Assembly: GCA_043228905.1 (NCBI GenBank)
Contig: JBHGNT010000021.1
Span: 2,542,001 to 2,606,000, forward strand
Length of the DNA stretch: 64,000 bases
DNA from: Azolla caroliniana
Lineage: Eukaryota; Plantae; Polypodiophyta
Reading direction: 5' to 3'
The notes below the pieces were generated by a model, which made no database searches, was not told where the DNA came from, and saw nothing but the letters and a program-made list of their open reading frames with translations. Shown here piece after piece: positions 26,583 to 39,000 of this stretch (its first letter is position 1; each line of letters opens with the position of its first letter). The position numbers were made by a program, and so were the translations under genes.

Positions 26583-29500
26583 CTATCCTATTTGACTGCT
26601 ACTCTTGTTGTTTGCTAGGTTGACAAACAGGTTCTCAATCATCTTCTACAACATCAACGTCAATATCCAACAAGTGGTATTAGAGCAACCAACGTTCAGT
26701 CCAACAACAACAACACAAAACCTGAGAAGGGAAGAATCGACTAAAGGAAAGGACCAGGCCAACAATATCACTTTCACAAAAGATGGCTCCAACATCCGGC
26801 ACAAGAGTAGAAATCCGGTAGTTCGACGACAAAAAATTTCCTCTATTGAAGGAGATGATGCAAGACGTGTTGATCATCTGACGCCAAATAGAGACGATTC
26901 GGCACAATAGGCAGCCGATAGAGATGACAACAACAGAATGGCGATCACTCGAAGAAATCGCCAGGTCGACCATAAGAATGCATCTTGTCAAAAATGTCTA
27001 CTTGAGTATGGCCAAAGAGATGTCAACATTTTCTTTGTGGTGAAACTTCAGGTCGTGTATGAGAAAAAATCGTCTTCATCGAAACTCATACTAATCCGAA
27101 AGTTATTCAACATGAAGATGAAGGAATCGGATCCAACCACCTCTCACATCAACACCTTCAACTAAATGTTAGCCGAACTCTCCTCGCAAGGACCGAACGT
27201 CAAAGAAGAAATCAAAGCCCTTGCATTGCTCTCGACCTTACCGACGAGCTGGGAGGTGTTCTGCACGACCTTCGCCAATAGTTGTCGAAATCTCAACTTG
27301 GATGAAACTATCAGACAAGTGTTGAATGAGGACATTCGGCAATGATCAATGGGTCTTACCATCAATGATTCTGTAGAAGCTCACCACTTGATCGAGTCAG
27401 CCAGAAGAGCCGGCTGAAGCCCAAGTCAGCCAAAGAGGAGAAATGATCGCCAAAGGTCGAAGTCGCGAAATGGCAAGCCGAATGTCTACTACACACATTG
27501 CAAAAAGGTCGGCCACAACATGGTCAACTACTGGTCAATCAACAAAAAGAAGGAGAGTGGACAGAGATTCGAGTGGAATCTAGGACAGTCCGACTCAGAC
27601 CACTCTCAAATCGGCTACCAAATCAATGTTGTTGAATCCTGGTAAGGAGAAATCCTCTCCTTGAAGATTCGTCGACTAGCGAAGTCCTCTACAATGCACA
27701 AGATGTGCGAACGTGGTTATTGGATTCTGGTGCCACATTTCATGTGACCCCCAACATCGAATGGTTTTCAGACTATTTGGCCGGAGCCGATGACATTGTC
27801 CGACTCGACAATGGGCAGTAATGCAAAATCCCCGGAATCTGTGAAATTCCAATTCAATCGCCAAACAACAATATGATCACCTTACACCATGTCTGACACG
27901 TACCCGAAGAGGAGTCTAGTCTCCATCGGCATGCTAGCCGAAGTCGAGTACAGGAGGACACTTAGTGAGTCGTCATGGGTGAACACAAAGGGCAATCTCC
28001 AAATCGGTCATGGCAGCAAGTACAATAACTAGTACCCACTAAATGTGTTCAGTCTAGTGTGCACAATGAACGTAGCCGAATTATCCTATTCGAATATATG
28101 GCATGGCCGACTTAGCCATATGTCACAAGCCGGACTAGACCGGCTGACAGCGATCGGCTACATTCGCAAGCTTCAGTCGAAAACAAACTTCTGTGAGGAT
28201 TGTCATTACGGGAAACATACCCGAAGTCTGCACTCTCTCCACTATGAGATGATGCAACAACCCCTAGAGCTCGTGCACACCAACATTTGTGGGTCGATGC
28301 CCAAAAAATCTCTAAGAGGTTCCCGGTACTTCATCACATTCATTGATTATTGTACATGAAAAGTCTAGGCCGACTCGATTAGTTCAAAAGATGAAACGCT
28401 CCAGGTCTTCACTCGGTGGCTAACTGAAGTGGAGAATAGATACGAACACCGGGTGAAGACACTCCGGTCCCACAACGGAGGTGAATACACCTCTAAAGCC
28501 TTCAAGTAGTACCTATCGGACAAAGGGATCCGGCATCAAGGGACTGTTCTGTACACTCCCATGCAAAATGGCGTGGAGGAACGGATCAACTAGACAATCC
28601 AAGAGAGAGTGACGGTAATACTCCTGCATTCCGGACTCAAGATGGAATTCTGGGCTGAAGCATTGCAAACGATACTATACCTAATAAATCTGTAACTGTG
28701 GAGAGCAATCCGGCTCGAAGTGGCCCAGGCACTATGGTCTGGCATGAAGGTCGCCTACGATAGGCTCCATTCCATGTATTCGGATGCGAAGCCTATGGCT
28801 TCTTCCCCAAGGACAAAAGGACCAAGCTGGCGCCCCATGCACGTAAGTGTATATTTCTCGGTTATGGAATCGATGGGGACTTCGGGGACTTCAATGGGGA
28901 AATTGATCAATATTCACCAACCGGACCTAGCTGAAGATCGGCAAAAAGGTTTCATTCGATCTAGATAGATCAGACGTAGAAGGGCCAACTGACTGGGTCT
29001 AATAAGCGATTCGACAAATAGTCATATTTGACCGAGCCAACAACCCCCTTGCCAAATATGAACCAACAAGAGTTCCATTAGTCGAAATTGACTTAGATTC
29101 GACTGAAATATTAACAAATGCCAAACCATCTGAATATGTCAAAAGGGCCAATGAAGGAAAACAAGATAAGATGTCGAAAGGCCAAGTTGAACCGGCAATG
29201 ACTTCTACTCCTTTGTCAATCAATCATAAAAAAAGGAAGAATGCTTCAACATCGTTGTAATCCTATTGCAGGGGCGAGTCATCCAAAAGAACTCTTGAAA
29301 ACGGTTCAAGTAAGCCCGTTCAGCTAACAACGCCAATCGAAGAATCTGAACCCTTCAACACCCAAGAGATCCGGACGAGTTCGAAGGCCGACAAAGTTCT
29401 ATCAACCGGGCCTAAATTACATTAACTATAGAGACGCATGCGAACCAAACTCCTACAAGGAAGCTATAGCCATGTCGGATGTCGAAACATGGCTTTAAGG

Positions 29501-30867
29501 CATGAGATCTTAAATGGACTTGATAAAAGGCAATTATTCATGGGAGTTGGTTGAATTACCAACAAGAAGGAATCTGCTACCGTGCAAATGGGTCTACCAA
29601 TACAAGTATGTATCCGGTTTTGAACAACCGAAATATAAAGCTCGGCTTGTCACCAAAGGTTTCAAATAGGAACATGGGTCGACTACGACGAGATCTTCTC
29701 ATCAGTAGTCAAGATGGCCACCCTTTAGTTCCTTCAGGGGTTGGGGCAACGAAAGATCTAGAGTTGAAATAACTGGATGTCAAAATGGCCTTCCTCCATA
29801 AATATCTAGAAGAAGATAATTTACATGTCTGAACTGACAAGCTTCATGGCGATGGGGGAGCAAGGTCACCTCGTTTGCAAGCTAAAGAATAGCCTATATG
29901 GCCTCAAGCAGGTGCCGAGAATATGGTATCAGAAGTTCAATATTTACATCCGGCATCTCGGCTAAAGCCATTTAGACTCTGACCCATGCATGTAACTCTG
30001 GCAACTGGTCGAGGAGTCTTGAATCTATCTAATCCTATATGCCGACAACAAGCTCATCCCCGACAACGATCGAGCTGAAATTGGAAAGATGAATCGTAGC
30101 CTTCACAACAAATTTACGATGAAGGAACTCGGACAAGCCCAACACATATATGCGGATAGTGCGAAATCAGATAGCAAAGACCATTCGGCTTTCCTAGTCT
30201 AACTATATCCAAATGGTGTTGAGACGCTTCAATAGGGAGAACGTGAAGCAAACAACAACACCGCTTCTGACATCCTTCCAACTATTGAACAAAGACTCTC
30301 CATCCATAGAAGAGGAGAGAGGTCATGAGCAAAATAACCCACGCATTGACCGTAGGAAGTCTCATGTACGCAATGGTGGCGACCTGACCTGACATTGCTT
30401 ATGTCGTAGGGGTCGTCAGCCGATACATGTCCAATCTTGGAAAGAAGCACTGGGAAGCTATGAAGATCACCTTCAGGTACCTAAGAGGAACCAAATATGT
30501 GCAGCTAACATTTGGATCGGTCAATCCGACTGAAGTCAAAGGTTATATAGACTCTGATAATGTCAGTAATCCGAACAATCGGAAGTCGACAACAGGATAT
30601 GTCTTCACCTATGGCGATGATGTATATCATGGAGGTCGAAATTACAAGACGGCATGGCACTCTCAACAACAAAGGTCAAGTATATGGCCGCTCCGGAATC
30701 AGCCAAGGAATCCATCTGATTGCACCGACGTTCGGCTGACTTCTTGGTTAAGTCTAGCCAAATCAATCAACCAGTGTTGACCCTATATTGCGACTCACAA
30801 TGCACAATACACCTCAATCTGAAATCATATACGGGAGCTCGTCACTGACAAGAAGCTCAACGTCTAG

Positions 30868-31931
30868 TGTCGCGGTAATCCGTGCTTGCATGTCGAATAG
30901 GACCGGACCACAAGGGTCTTGGACGAGGGAGTCGAATGGTGGAGGTCTCGCTCTCAACGAGCCTTAGCCCTTTGGCTTTCCGCTCGCATCGGTTTCCGTC
31001 CAACGAAGATTCTGGTTTCGATAAGACGATTAACCGTGAACAAGGACTCAACTCAAATAGGTGAAAGCAAAGAAGAATGTACCCAAATATATATATATAT
31101 TACAAATGTTTTATGAAGAATCAGCTTACATGCCACGAATTTGGTGGCTATTACAAAACAATCAGCTAATACAACAATATTAGGAAATGGGAATCGGCGA
31201 AGACGAGTCAAGTGAGCCGCCGAGATGACAACGTCCACCGTTGGTCATGCCCCGAAGACGGTGGAGTGTTCCCGTGCCACTTCGCCCTCCCTTCTTGAAC
31301 CAGTCGCCACACGAAACACTCTCCATCGAGGAGAGGAAGCCGAACCACCATGTGCCGCCACCGGAATGCTAAAGAGTCGCCGTTGTAGAAACCCCAAACC
31401 ACAATCAAACTCTAACACGAAGAAGAAGAAGAGAGTAACACCGAAACCCTAAATCGTATAACCCTAACTCACTCAAAGAAAACAGAAACCCTAAATCTCC
31501 CACAAGAAGAGAGTAACACCGAAACCCTAAATCTCCCACAAACTCTCATAAGATGAAGAACCAAAACAGAACACTAAACCACCACTCAAAAAGAAGGAAC
31601 CAAAACCCACAAGGCGACGAAGAAGAAGACCTAAAATGAAATAGGGTGAAGAAGACCAAAGTAGAAACCCTTAGGAAAAAAAGGAAAAAAAGAAAACTAC
31701 CAAACCCTTGATCTAAGTGGTATACCCTCCTAACTCAAAATGGGCAAAACCCCTTAAGAAGAGACCCCTCCTTCTTTTTATAGTTCAAGGAGGGAAGGAC
31801 GTTACAATGTGGGACAAATATTCCCTTTTTATTTTATATACATTTTCGAACGTACATGTGCACACGGTGCACATTGCCAACTTTGTCCATTCCACCCGGT
31901 TTTCTCACCATAGCCGGATATCTTCACGACA
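30868..31931 (-). mobile_element. Solo-LTR-like insertion (1064 bp) in the copia RNase H
   Basis: TGTCGCG…CACGACA termini; 4-bp TSD CCGG (left copy reads CTAG). Removal restores KKLNV-RKVD. TATA-like TATAAAAAGAAGG on the minus strand. Confidence 0.7.
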
Positions 31932-32112
31932 CCGGAAAGTGGATATTACCAAGGTGAACATCGTTGACATCCTCACAAAGCCACTCTCATATCAACACTT
32001 CAACGTACTAAGAGGACATATGGGACTACAAGCAAGTGAGCAAAGAGGAGCCGAACGAGGCACTGAAGGTAAGTCAAAGAACGGCATGGTTAGACAGCTT
32101 GAAGGTTGTAGA

Positions 32113-32548
32113 TAACAATCAGCAATAGTTCGGTTTGGTTTGAGATGGTCCAAACCAAATAGTTTAGAGATGTTGAAACCTTAACCGAACCAAACCACGA
32201 AACCGTTAAGCCGAACCATTGAAAAAACTTCAAACCATTAAGCCATTAAACCGGTAAAACCACAGTTTCGTGGTTCGGTTTCGGTTTTCAACTTAGGTCA
32301 AATTTTAAATTTTAAAAATTTTCCCAAAATGTGAGAATAAGGCATGAAAATGAAAAGATTATTTTAAAAAAATAAAAATAAATTATTTTTTGAATTTTAA
32401 AAAAATAAAAAACCGTTTACCCGCTTAAATCGAGGTTTTTAATTGTTGAAACCAAACCAAACCATTTTTTAAAACCCGAACCGAACCGTTTAAACTGTTA
32501 AACCGCGGTTTTGCGGTTCGGTTCGGTTCGAACCATTGCTGATTGTTA
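32113..32548. mobile_element. hAT-type MITE copy 2 (436 bp)
   Basis: TIR TAACAATCAGCAAT / ATTGCTGATTGTTA; perfect 8-bp TSD GTTGTAGA. Confidence 0.93.
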
Positions 32549-33050
32549 GTTGTAGACGCAATTGAGTGCGAGGAGACCGAAAGGACATAAGGCGATCAAG
32601 GATCGAATGGAACCAAAAGCCGATCGACGATCCACCAAAGAGCACGAGAACCACCTTGTGTGGAGATCTGACAACCTAGAGGCCAAAACTCGAACCTATC
32701 ATAAGCCGATTCAAACACCAGTCGACTCGGCAAGCTACGGATCAACTAATGCCGACTCTACCTCTGTCGATTCGGCTACCAGTCGACCAGCTTGTAACAT
32801 ACTTTGGAGTTTAAATTTAAGTTGTAATTTAGGCTTATGAGGGAGTCACCCTATATCATTGTATGTAGACAAAGTAGTCCTTTTATGGGGGAGTTTGTTG
32901 GGATAAAAGTCCCACTCCACCCACTTTGTATCTCTAGTGTGAACACACAGTTAACCTAACAATATAAGTGGGTAACTAACCTTGTAAAGTGAGTTTAAGG
33001 GTTAATGAAAGACTATCTTCTTTGAGCACAACTCACGCTCTCTCTCTCTC

Positions 33051-33250
33051 GTATGCACCTTACCCTAGCGGTAAGTTGTTAACACTACAAGCACTGTGTC
33101 ATGGGTTCGAAACCCAATCTCCTCACCTCTCTATTATATACGTCATATACTCTTAATTCACTAGATGCCACTATGGAATGTAGGGGTTGAACCCATGACC
33201 ACCTAGTCTCCATTGGGCAACCTTAGCAACTGAGCTACATCCATCTGGGC
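33051..33250. mobile_element. Small element with two inward-facing tRNA-like heads, flanked by (CT)n
   Basis: Plus strand: TAGCGGTAAG…GTCATGGGTTCGAAACCC. Minus strand: GGATGTAGCTCAGTTGCTAAG…GGTCATGGGTTCAACCCC. A related copy lies at 52233-52362. Confidence 0.65.
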
Positions 33251-33882
33251 TCTCTCTCTCTCTCTCTCTTTGGTGAAAACACACAATTATATTAATAAAT
33301 GTGTGTGAAAACCACTACTTACAATGGGTGTGACAATGGAATATGGACACCCACTAAATACACTACACCACTACATGGGTAGTGGAACATGTTGAATTGT
33401 CAATAGGCAAGACGACCACTCCACTGAGGAAAGAAGTTCCACTTGCTCAAATAAAGAAAATTGTCATATTAGTACTCCCTTCAACTTTCGGAGATATGCT
33501 TTCACTCCATGTCTACCATCGAATACAAAAGTGTTGCGCATGTTCCAATTATGACGCAATCCCCAATCTCTCAAAAATAGAAAAATGATCTCCATCTCTG
33601 ATTTTGGGTCAACCTGTGTAAATTGTGCAAACACCCACTGTCTAGGTTGCAAATAACACCGTGATAAAACTTGCCAATTTTGAGAAATGTAACTCCAAAT
33701 TTGACAAGCAATCGAACATTATATAAATCAATGAGTACCCATTTGAACAGTGCAAAATAAGCATTTACCCGTTGCTAGTCCACTACGTTTTAGAGCTAAT
33801 CCCAAAGGCAATCCTCCAATCAAAACTCTCCAAATGAAGACCTTTGCTACAAGTGGCAATTTAGAATGCCAACTACGTTGTA

Positions 33883-33932
<50 letters not shown>

Positions 33933-34022
33933 CTATCCTATTTGACTGCCACTCTTGTTGTTTGCTAGATTGACAAACAGGTTCTCAATCATCTTCCGCA
34001 ACATCAACTTCAATATCCAACA

Positions 34023-34900
34023 CTATAAACCACCACTATACAAGTACTGTAACGAACAATTTGCTCAGTATCATTATTTTTCTTTGTCTAATAAAGGCCC
34101 TCTCTGATGTGTTGCTTCTGAATTTCCATTAGTATTAGAGCATCCATGGGGTTGGGATATATGGTTGCCTAGGAGGTGGTTTTGTAGTGATTGATGTATT
34201 GGTAAGTTCAAGTCTTTTTTTTCTAAAAAAGAGCTACTTTCCCATTAGTTAGGAGATATTTTTTACAGAAAGACAATACAAGAAAATGGAGAATCACCCC
34301 TCGGCCGAGTTCAAGAATATGAAACTGCGTACATATCCTCTCTTACTTTCTACTTAATAATGTAAGTAGGTATCTAGAGCTATAAACTAGTGGGAATCAT
34401 CACCAGCTAGCGCAAGCTTGATCCTTTGGCTTGTAACAAAGGAAGGGTGGGAGGTGAGTAGGAAACAACCAACGTGGGGCCTGGTAGCTCCACCTCGGGC
34501 CATTTCCTCCTTGCATCACCATTGGGGTGATCCTCCATTTTTGCCAAAAGCATAAGTGAGCAATGACCACGTCGTCGGAGTGGCTTGGTGTTGCCATTTG
34601 TTGTAGTCATTCTGAGTTTCATTCTTAAAGTCTATTGTCACTTTGTATTGCACCAATAATTACTTCACTGAGTGATTTGGCTCTAGAGAAAAAATGAGAA
34701 GAAGATCCTTTAACATCATTACATAAGCCACATCGAAACCGTTAATGATTGTTCATCCCATGGAATATCACAAGCAAGCAGGTAGAATTTTGTTGCATGT
34801 GCCAAAGTTGGGAAGTCCCTTCGTGGAACCTTTGAATTTTGTTGATAACTATACTCATGCTATTTGCATATCCCATCTCCTTATATGAATTACGTGAGCT
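34023..34900 (-). mobile_element. Decayed Ty3/gypsy gag remnant
   Basis: Minus-strand traces KFKGS…, PMD…RGPLLDKEK and a decayed knuckle (…ANCSLQYLYSGG) resemble chromovirus-type gag ends (PMEID…RGPL…EK…RR…LCLYCG). Confidence 0.55.
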
Positions 34901-35002
34901 ATTAAAGATACATTATTTACGAGAGGGGTGTATAAAAGCCCAATCTAATGGAAAGAGTAATGTCCTATAAAGCCGAGTTGTGAAAGATATGGTGTTACCA
35001 AT

Positions 35003-35745
35003 GAGAGTGGCAAAACCTAGATATGGCCCAAGAGCCAGGAAGGCGAGTATCCTAACATATAGGATAAGCCCAAACATCTGCCAAGAGTAGCGGCGGTCAA
35101 TATCCCAACAAACACAAGAAGCCCAAATATATGACAAGAGTAGCGAAGGCCAATATATCGACAAACAGGAAAAGCCTAGATATATGACAAGAGTAGTGAA
35201 GCCCAATATCCCGGCAAACAGGAGAAGCCTAGATATCTACCAAGAGTAGCGAGGGTCAATATCCCAACAAAGAGGGGAAGCTCAGATATGTGACAAGAGT
35301 GGCGAAGGCTAGTATCCCAACAAATAGGAGAATCTTTGATATGTGCCAATGAGTAGCGAAGGTCAGTATCCCGACAAACATGAGAAGCCCAGATACGTGA
35401 CAAGAGTAGCAAAGGCCAGTATCCCAACAAACATGAGAATCTCATATATGTGCCAAGAGTAGCGAAGGTTAGTATCTTGGCAAACATGAGAAGCCCATAT
35501 ATGTAACAAAGAGTAGCAAAGGCCAATATCCCGACAAACAGGAGAAGCCCAGATATGTGCCAAGAGTAGCGAATGCGAGTGTCCTAACAAACAGAACTTA
35601 TCTTGGTTAATATCCTGGCAAACATGAGAAGCCCATATATGTAACAAAGAGTAGCAAAGGCCAGTATCCTGACAAACAGGAGAAGCCCAAATATGTGCCA
35701 AGAGTAGCGAATGCGAGTGTCCTAACAAACAGAACTTATCTTGCC
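35003..35745 (+). repeat. 53-bp minisatellite (about 14 units) with a 138-bp higher-order duplication
   Basis: Consensus approximately AGAGTAGCGAAGGCCAATATCCCGACAAACAGGAGAAGCCCAGATATGTGACA; starts at 35137, 35190, 35243. Block 35479-35604 is repeated at 35617-35742. Confidence 0.92.
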
Positions 35746-35842
35746 CGACAATCAGAACAACTTATCCGATTGACACCACTGACACAACACAACAAAAATA
35801 CAAACACTTAGAATGAAGGTCATGTATGTATGAATGAAGGTC

Positions 35843-35951
35843 ATGTATGTATGTATGTATGTATGTATGTATGTATGTATGTATGTATGTATGTATGTAT
35901 GTATGTATGTATGTATGTATGTATGTATGTATGTATGTATGTATGTATGTA
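35843..35951 (+). repeat. (ATGT)n microsatellite, about 27 units
   Basis: Perfect tetranucleotide run about 70 bp upstream of the ATG at 36020. Confidence 0.97.
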
Positions 35952-36019
35952 TATGTATACAGTATGATGATGGGTCTCATAGAACTCCATAGTATCAAAG
36001 CTGATCTGATTGATACTCG

Positions 36020-39000
36020 ATGATGATGACGACGACCATGATGCTCTCTCCTGCTTTGCCTCGCAGTTCTGCGATTTTAATTCCTTGCACACCTTCTGAG
36101 AGAACGATATGGCGCCTCAGAAGCTTTCATGCCTCCAAGAATATCTCTTCTTCTTCCAACAGTAATAGCAGTCAAAATACTAGCCTCCTCTCCTTCCTTT
36201 GTCCTCTCCTCAAGCTCTTCTCGGTATGTATGCTATATGTACATGTACATATGTCTGTATGCGTATCTATGTGTATGTATGTATATCCTCGTCTAATGCA
36301 GGTTTGTACACGTGTATGTATGTGTTTATACGCATGTTTATGCTTACTTCGATTTCTCCTTTTGGTTTTCATATTTTCTATGATTTCATGGTGCATAATG
36401 AATGACATTTCTTTTTCGTCTCTCTGACGTTGCTTATGTGAAGGCTAGCGATCCCTCACTTCCTCGAAATGGCTTCTTAGAGGTATGTCTCTCAATATTC
36501 ATTTAAGCTTTTTTTGTTTCTTTCCTTTCTTGAAAGGAATCTGTAGAAAATAATGTAAACACAAACAGATTTATTTGCCATGGCTCCACGATTTGTATAT
36601 ATATTATTTGTGTTTGTATTGAAAACAAATCAAAATCAATAAGCATTCTTTGCTGTTGCGAAGATTCTCAATTCTGAAAGACTTACAGGTTATGCTTTCT
36701 CAAATTAAAATCACCAACAGCTCTTTGCAATTGGAACAGTTTTTCATGCCTAAAGGACTTATAGACCATGGTTTGCCGGTTTGTATTTATGTTGGAACTC
36801 AAAATCAACAAGAGGCTTTTAAAATAGCAGATTTATGGGCAATAATTTCGTAGTTCATGCTTTTGTTGGAAAAAATCAAAATCAAAAGAGTTTTTTACAA
36901 TTAAAAAAGTTTTCGAGGCAGGAAGGAATGTTAGGCCATGTTTACGCAATTTGTATTCTTATTGAAACTCAAAATCAATAATACTTTTTGCAATTAGAAG
37001 ATATGAAGGCATGAAAGACTGTACTGAAAATCAAAATGAGCTTCTGCAAACTCATAGGAATTATGTATTTGATAATATTATCTCATAGGATCAGTAGGCC
37101 GTGCATTCACAATGTGTTTTTATACTGAGAATCAACTTCTTCAGCTCGTTTCCTTTGAATCTTTCTTAGGAGACTCTGCAAAGGAAAGAACAGATGTAGT
37201 CCATGTGCTGTATCAGTGAGCTTTTGTGATTACCAAGATCCCTATGTGGATTGTCAAGATCCATGAATATTGTCCTTTATAGAGTCTAGAGCCTTCTTTC
37301 TATGTGGATTGTCCCGAGTGAAAGATTGATCGATAGGTTGTGCTTTTATAGTTTATACTCATATTCAATCGTGAATCTGTTCCTTTCAGACTGCAACCTC
37401 AGGAGTATCTTCCCTAGCACGGCTTCCATGGGGTTCAACAGTATCATCAGAAATCGCTGAAGTTGCGAAAAATAGAGATACTCTACAGGCTATTCAGATT
37501 TATGAATTTGGTAAGTATTTGTTGCATTTCACTGAGTTATGCTTGAGTTTAAAGGGCTTTCTGCGTACAACAGTATGGACTATTGACCTATCTCAAGGAT
37601 ATGTTAGTCTACCAAGCTCCTTGAATTTATTAAGTGTGATTGTTTACACATTTGCCAATGAGCGATGACCAACATATATAGTGTTGGGACTAGCTCTTTC
37701 ATGCCTATTTCATGTCTTATATTTAGGCAAGAGGATCTTCTAGAAAATTCGAGACAGAACTGTCTCGTTCATGCCTAATGCAAGTAGGATAATTAGGCAA
37801 GGGGCTATTCTAGAACTAGATGGAACGACCTTTTCTACTTAATTCATTGTATGATAATTAGGCAGTATCTTGTATGATATCAATATTGTGATTACAAGCT
37901 TTTTTGAGGATATTGGAGCCAAAGTTTTTGTATTTTAGGGATAACATTAAGGATGAATGCATTAATTAATGTTGTGATAATCCATGATATTTACACCTAG
38001 TGAGAGCACAATAAGAAAAACCTCATAACTGTGACCTCCATCTTTTATTTTCATTTAAACAACATTTAAGATTCGCATCACCTATACACACAGAAAAGAA
38101 ATCCAAGGTTTAAGCTTTGGAAGGTGTTTCCAATGTTGCTTTTATGCCTATCCAAACTTGGAGTGGAATTGCCTGCTGATTTAACCTCTTCCAGGAATAC
38201 CATGCAAAAAAAATATAGTGAAAATGGCTGATAGCTTTATCTGGTGTGTTATCCATGGTATATCCAAAGAACCAGATAACGAGAAGTAGCTTTATTCCTT
38301 ACAAAAGATAACAGTGTTTTATAGATCTTGATAGTTTTCTTCTCTTAGGTGAAGTTCCAAAAAGTGTGTAGGGGTCTGTTGAAGCCACATGAATCCAAGT
38401 ATTGGGTTCACTGTTGTTGCATGTTGCATTTTTAACTTGCTAGAATGGATCAGCATTTTTCCATTTTCAAATGACAACCATTAAGTTGTCTCACAAAGAC
38501 CAAGTGACATGATCTGTGAGTGTTGTCACAATCATAAAATGTAATGCTAATTTGGATTTTTCATTAAACTCTTTTATTGTTTGTGAATATTAATGTACTT
38601 CTAAAATTTCAGAAAAGAACGTCATTTACAAAAGACTGAAGAATAAGACACTGGCTTGCAATGTGATAGATATCTCTTTATCACGAATTTCCCCCCAACC
38701 CTATCCATGACAGTGAACATATAGAACCTGCTTCACGTCAGTGATGATAATTCCCTCTCGATTTTCATACAATGTTTGAGACATGGCAATGCTTTATTAC
38801 CGGCAACTGGAGCTCTGCATAGATAACGTAATTGTACTCAGCTTGCTAATTCAAAGGAGGTCTATTCTAAATTGGTGACATGCCAGAGAACCTAGTTAAG
38901 CAATTCAATGAATTCTGTAATTTGAATATTAAAATATAATTGTGATTTTTGTCTTTATAGAGGCATGTCCTTTTTGTAGGAGGGTGAGAGAGGCATTGAC

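Larger units (their letters stand above)
26077..34022 (+). mobile_element. Degenerate Ty1/copia: truncated 5' LTR (to 26672), PBS 26675-26686, decayed gag-pol from ATG 26783, PPT 32885-32895, 3' LTR 32896-34022 with insertions
   Basis: Both LTRs share CCCACTTTGTATCTCTAGTGTGAACAC and the end …CAATATCCAACA. PBS TGGTATTAGAGC. Motifs IWHGRLSHMS, LELVHTNICG, KKHWEAMK and NIVDILTKPL, with many stops. Confidence 0.9.

Noticed and set aside
34067-34071. GTATC matching 17960-17964 as a TSD for the whole nest
   Set aside because: It is 44 bp from the LTR end and inside gypsy gag-like sequence, so it is probably chance.
35003-35745. CRISPR-like array or repeat-protein ORFs
   Set aside because: Units are contiguous with no unique spacers. 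The 53-bp period is not a multiple of 3, so the minus-strand ORFs are repeat artefacts. The context is eukaryotic with no cas genes.
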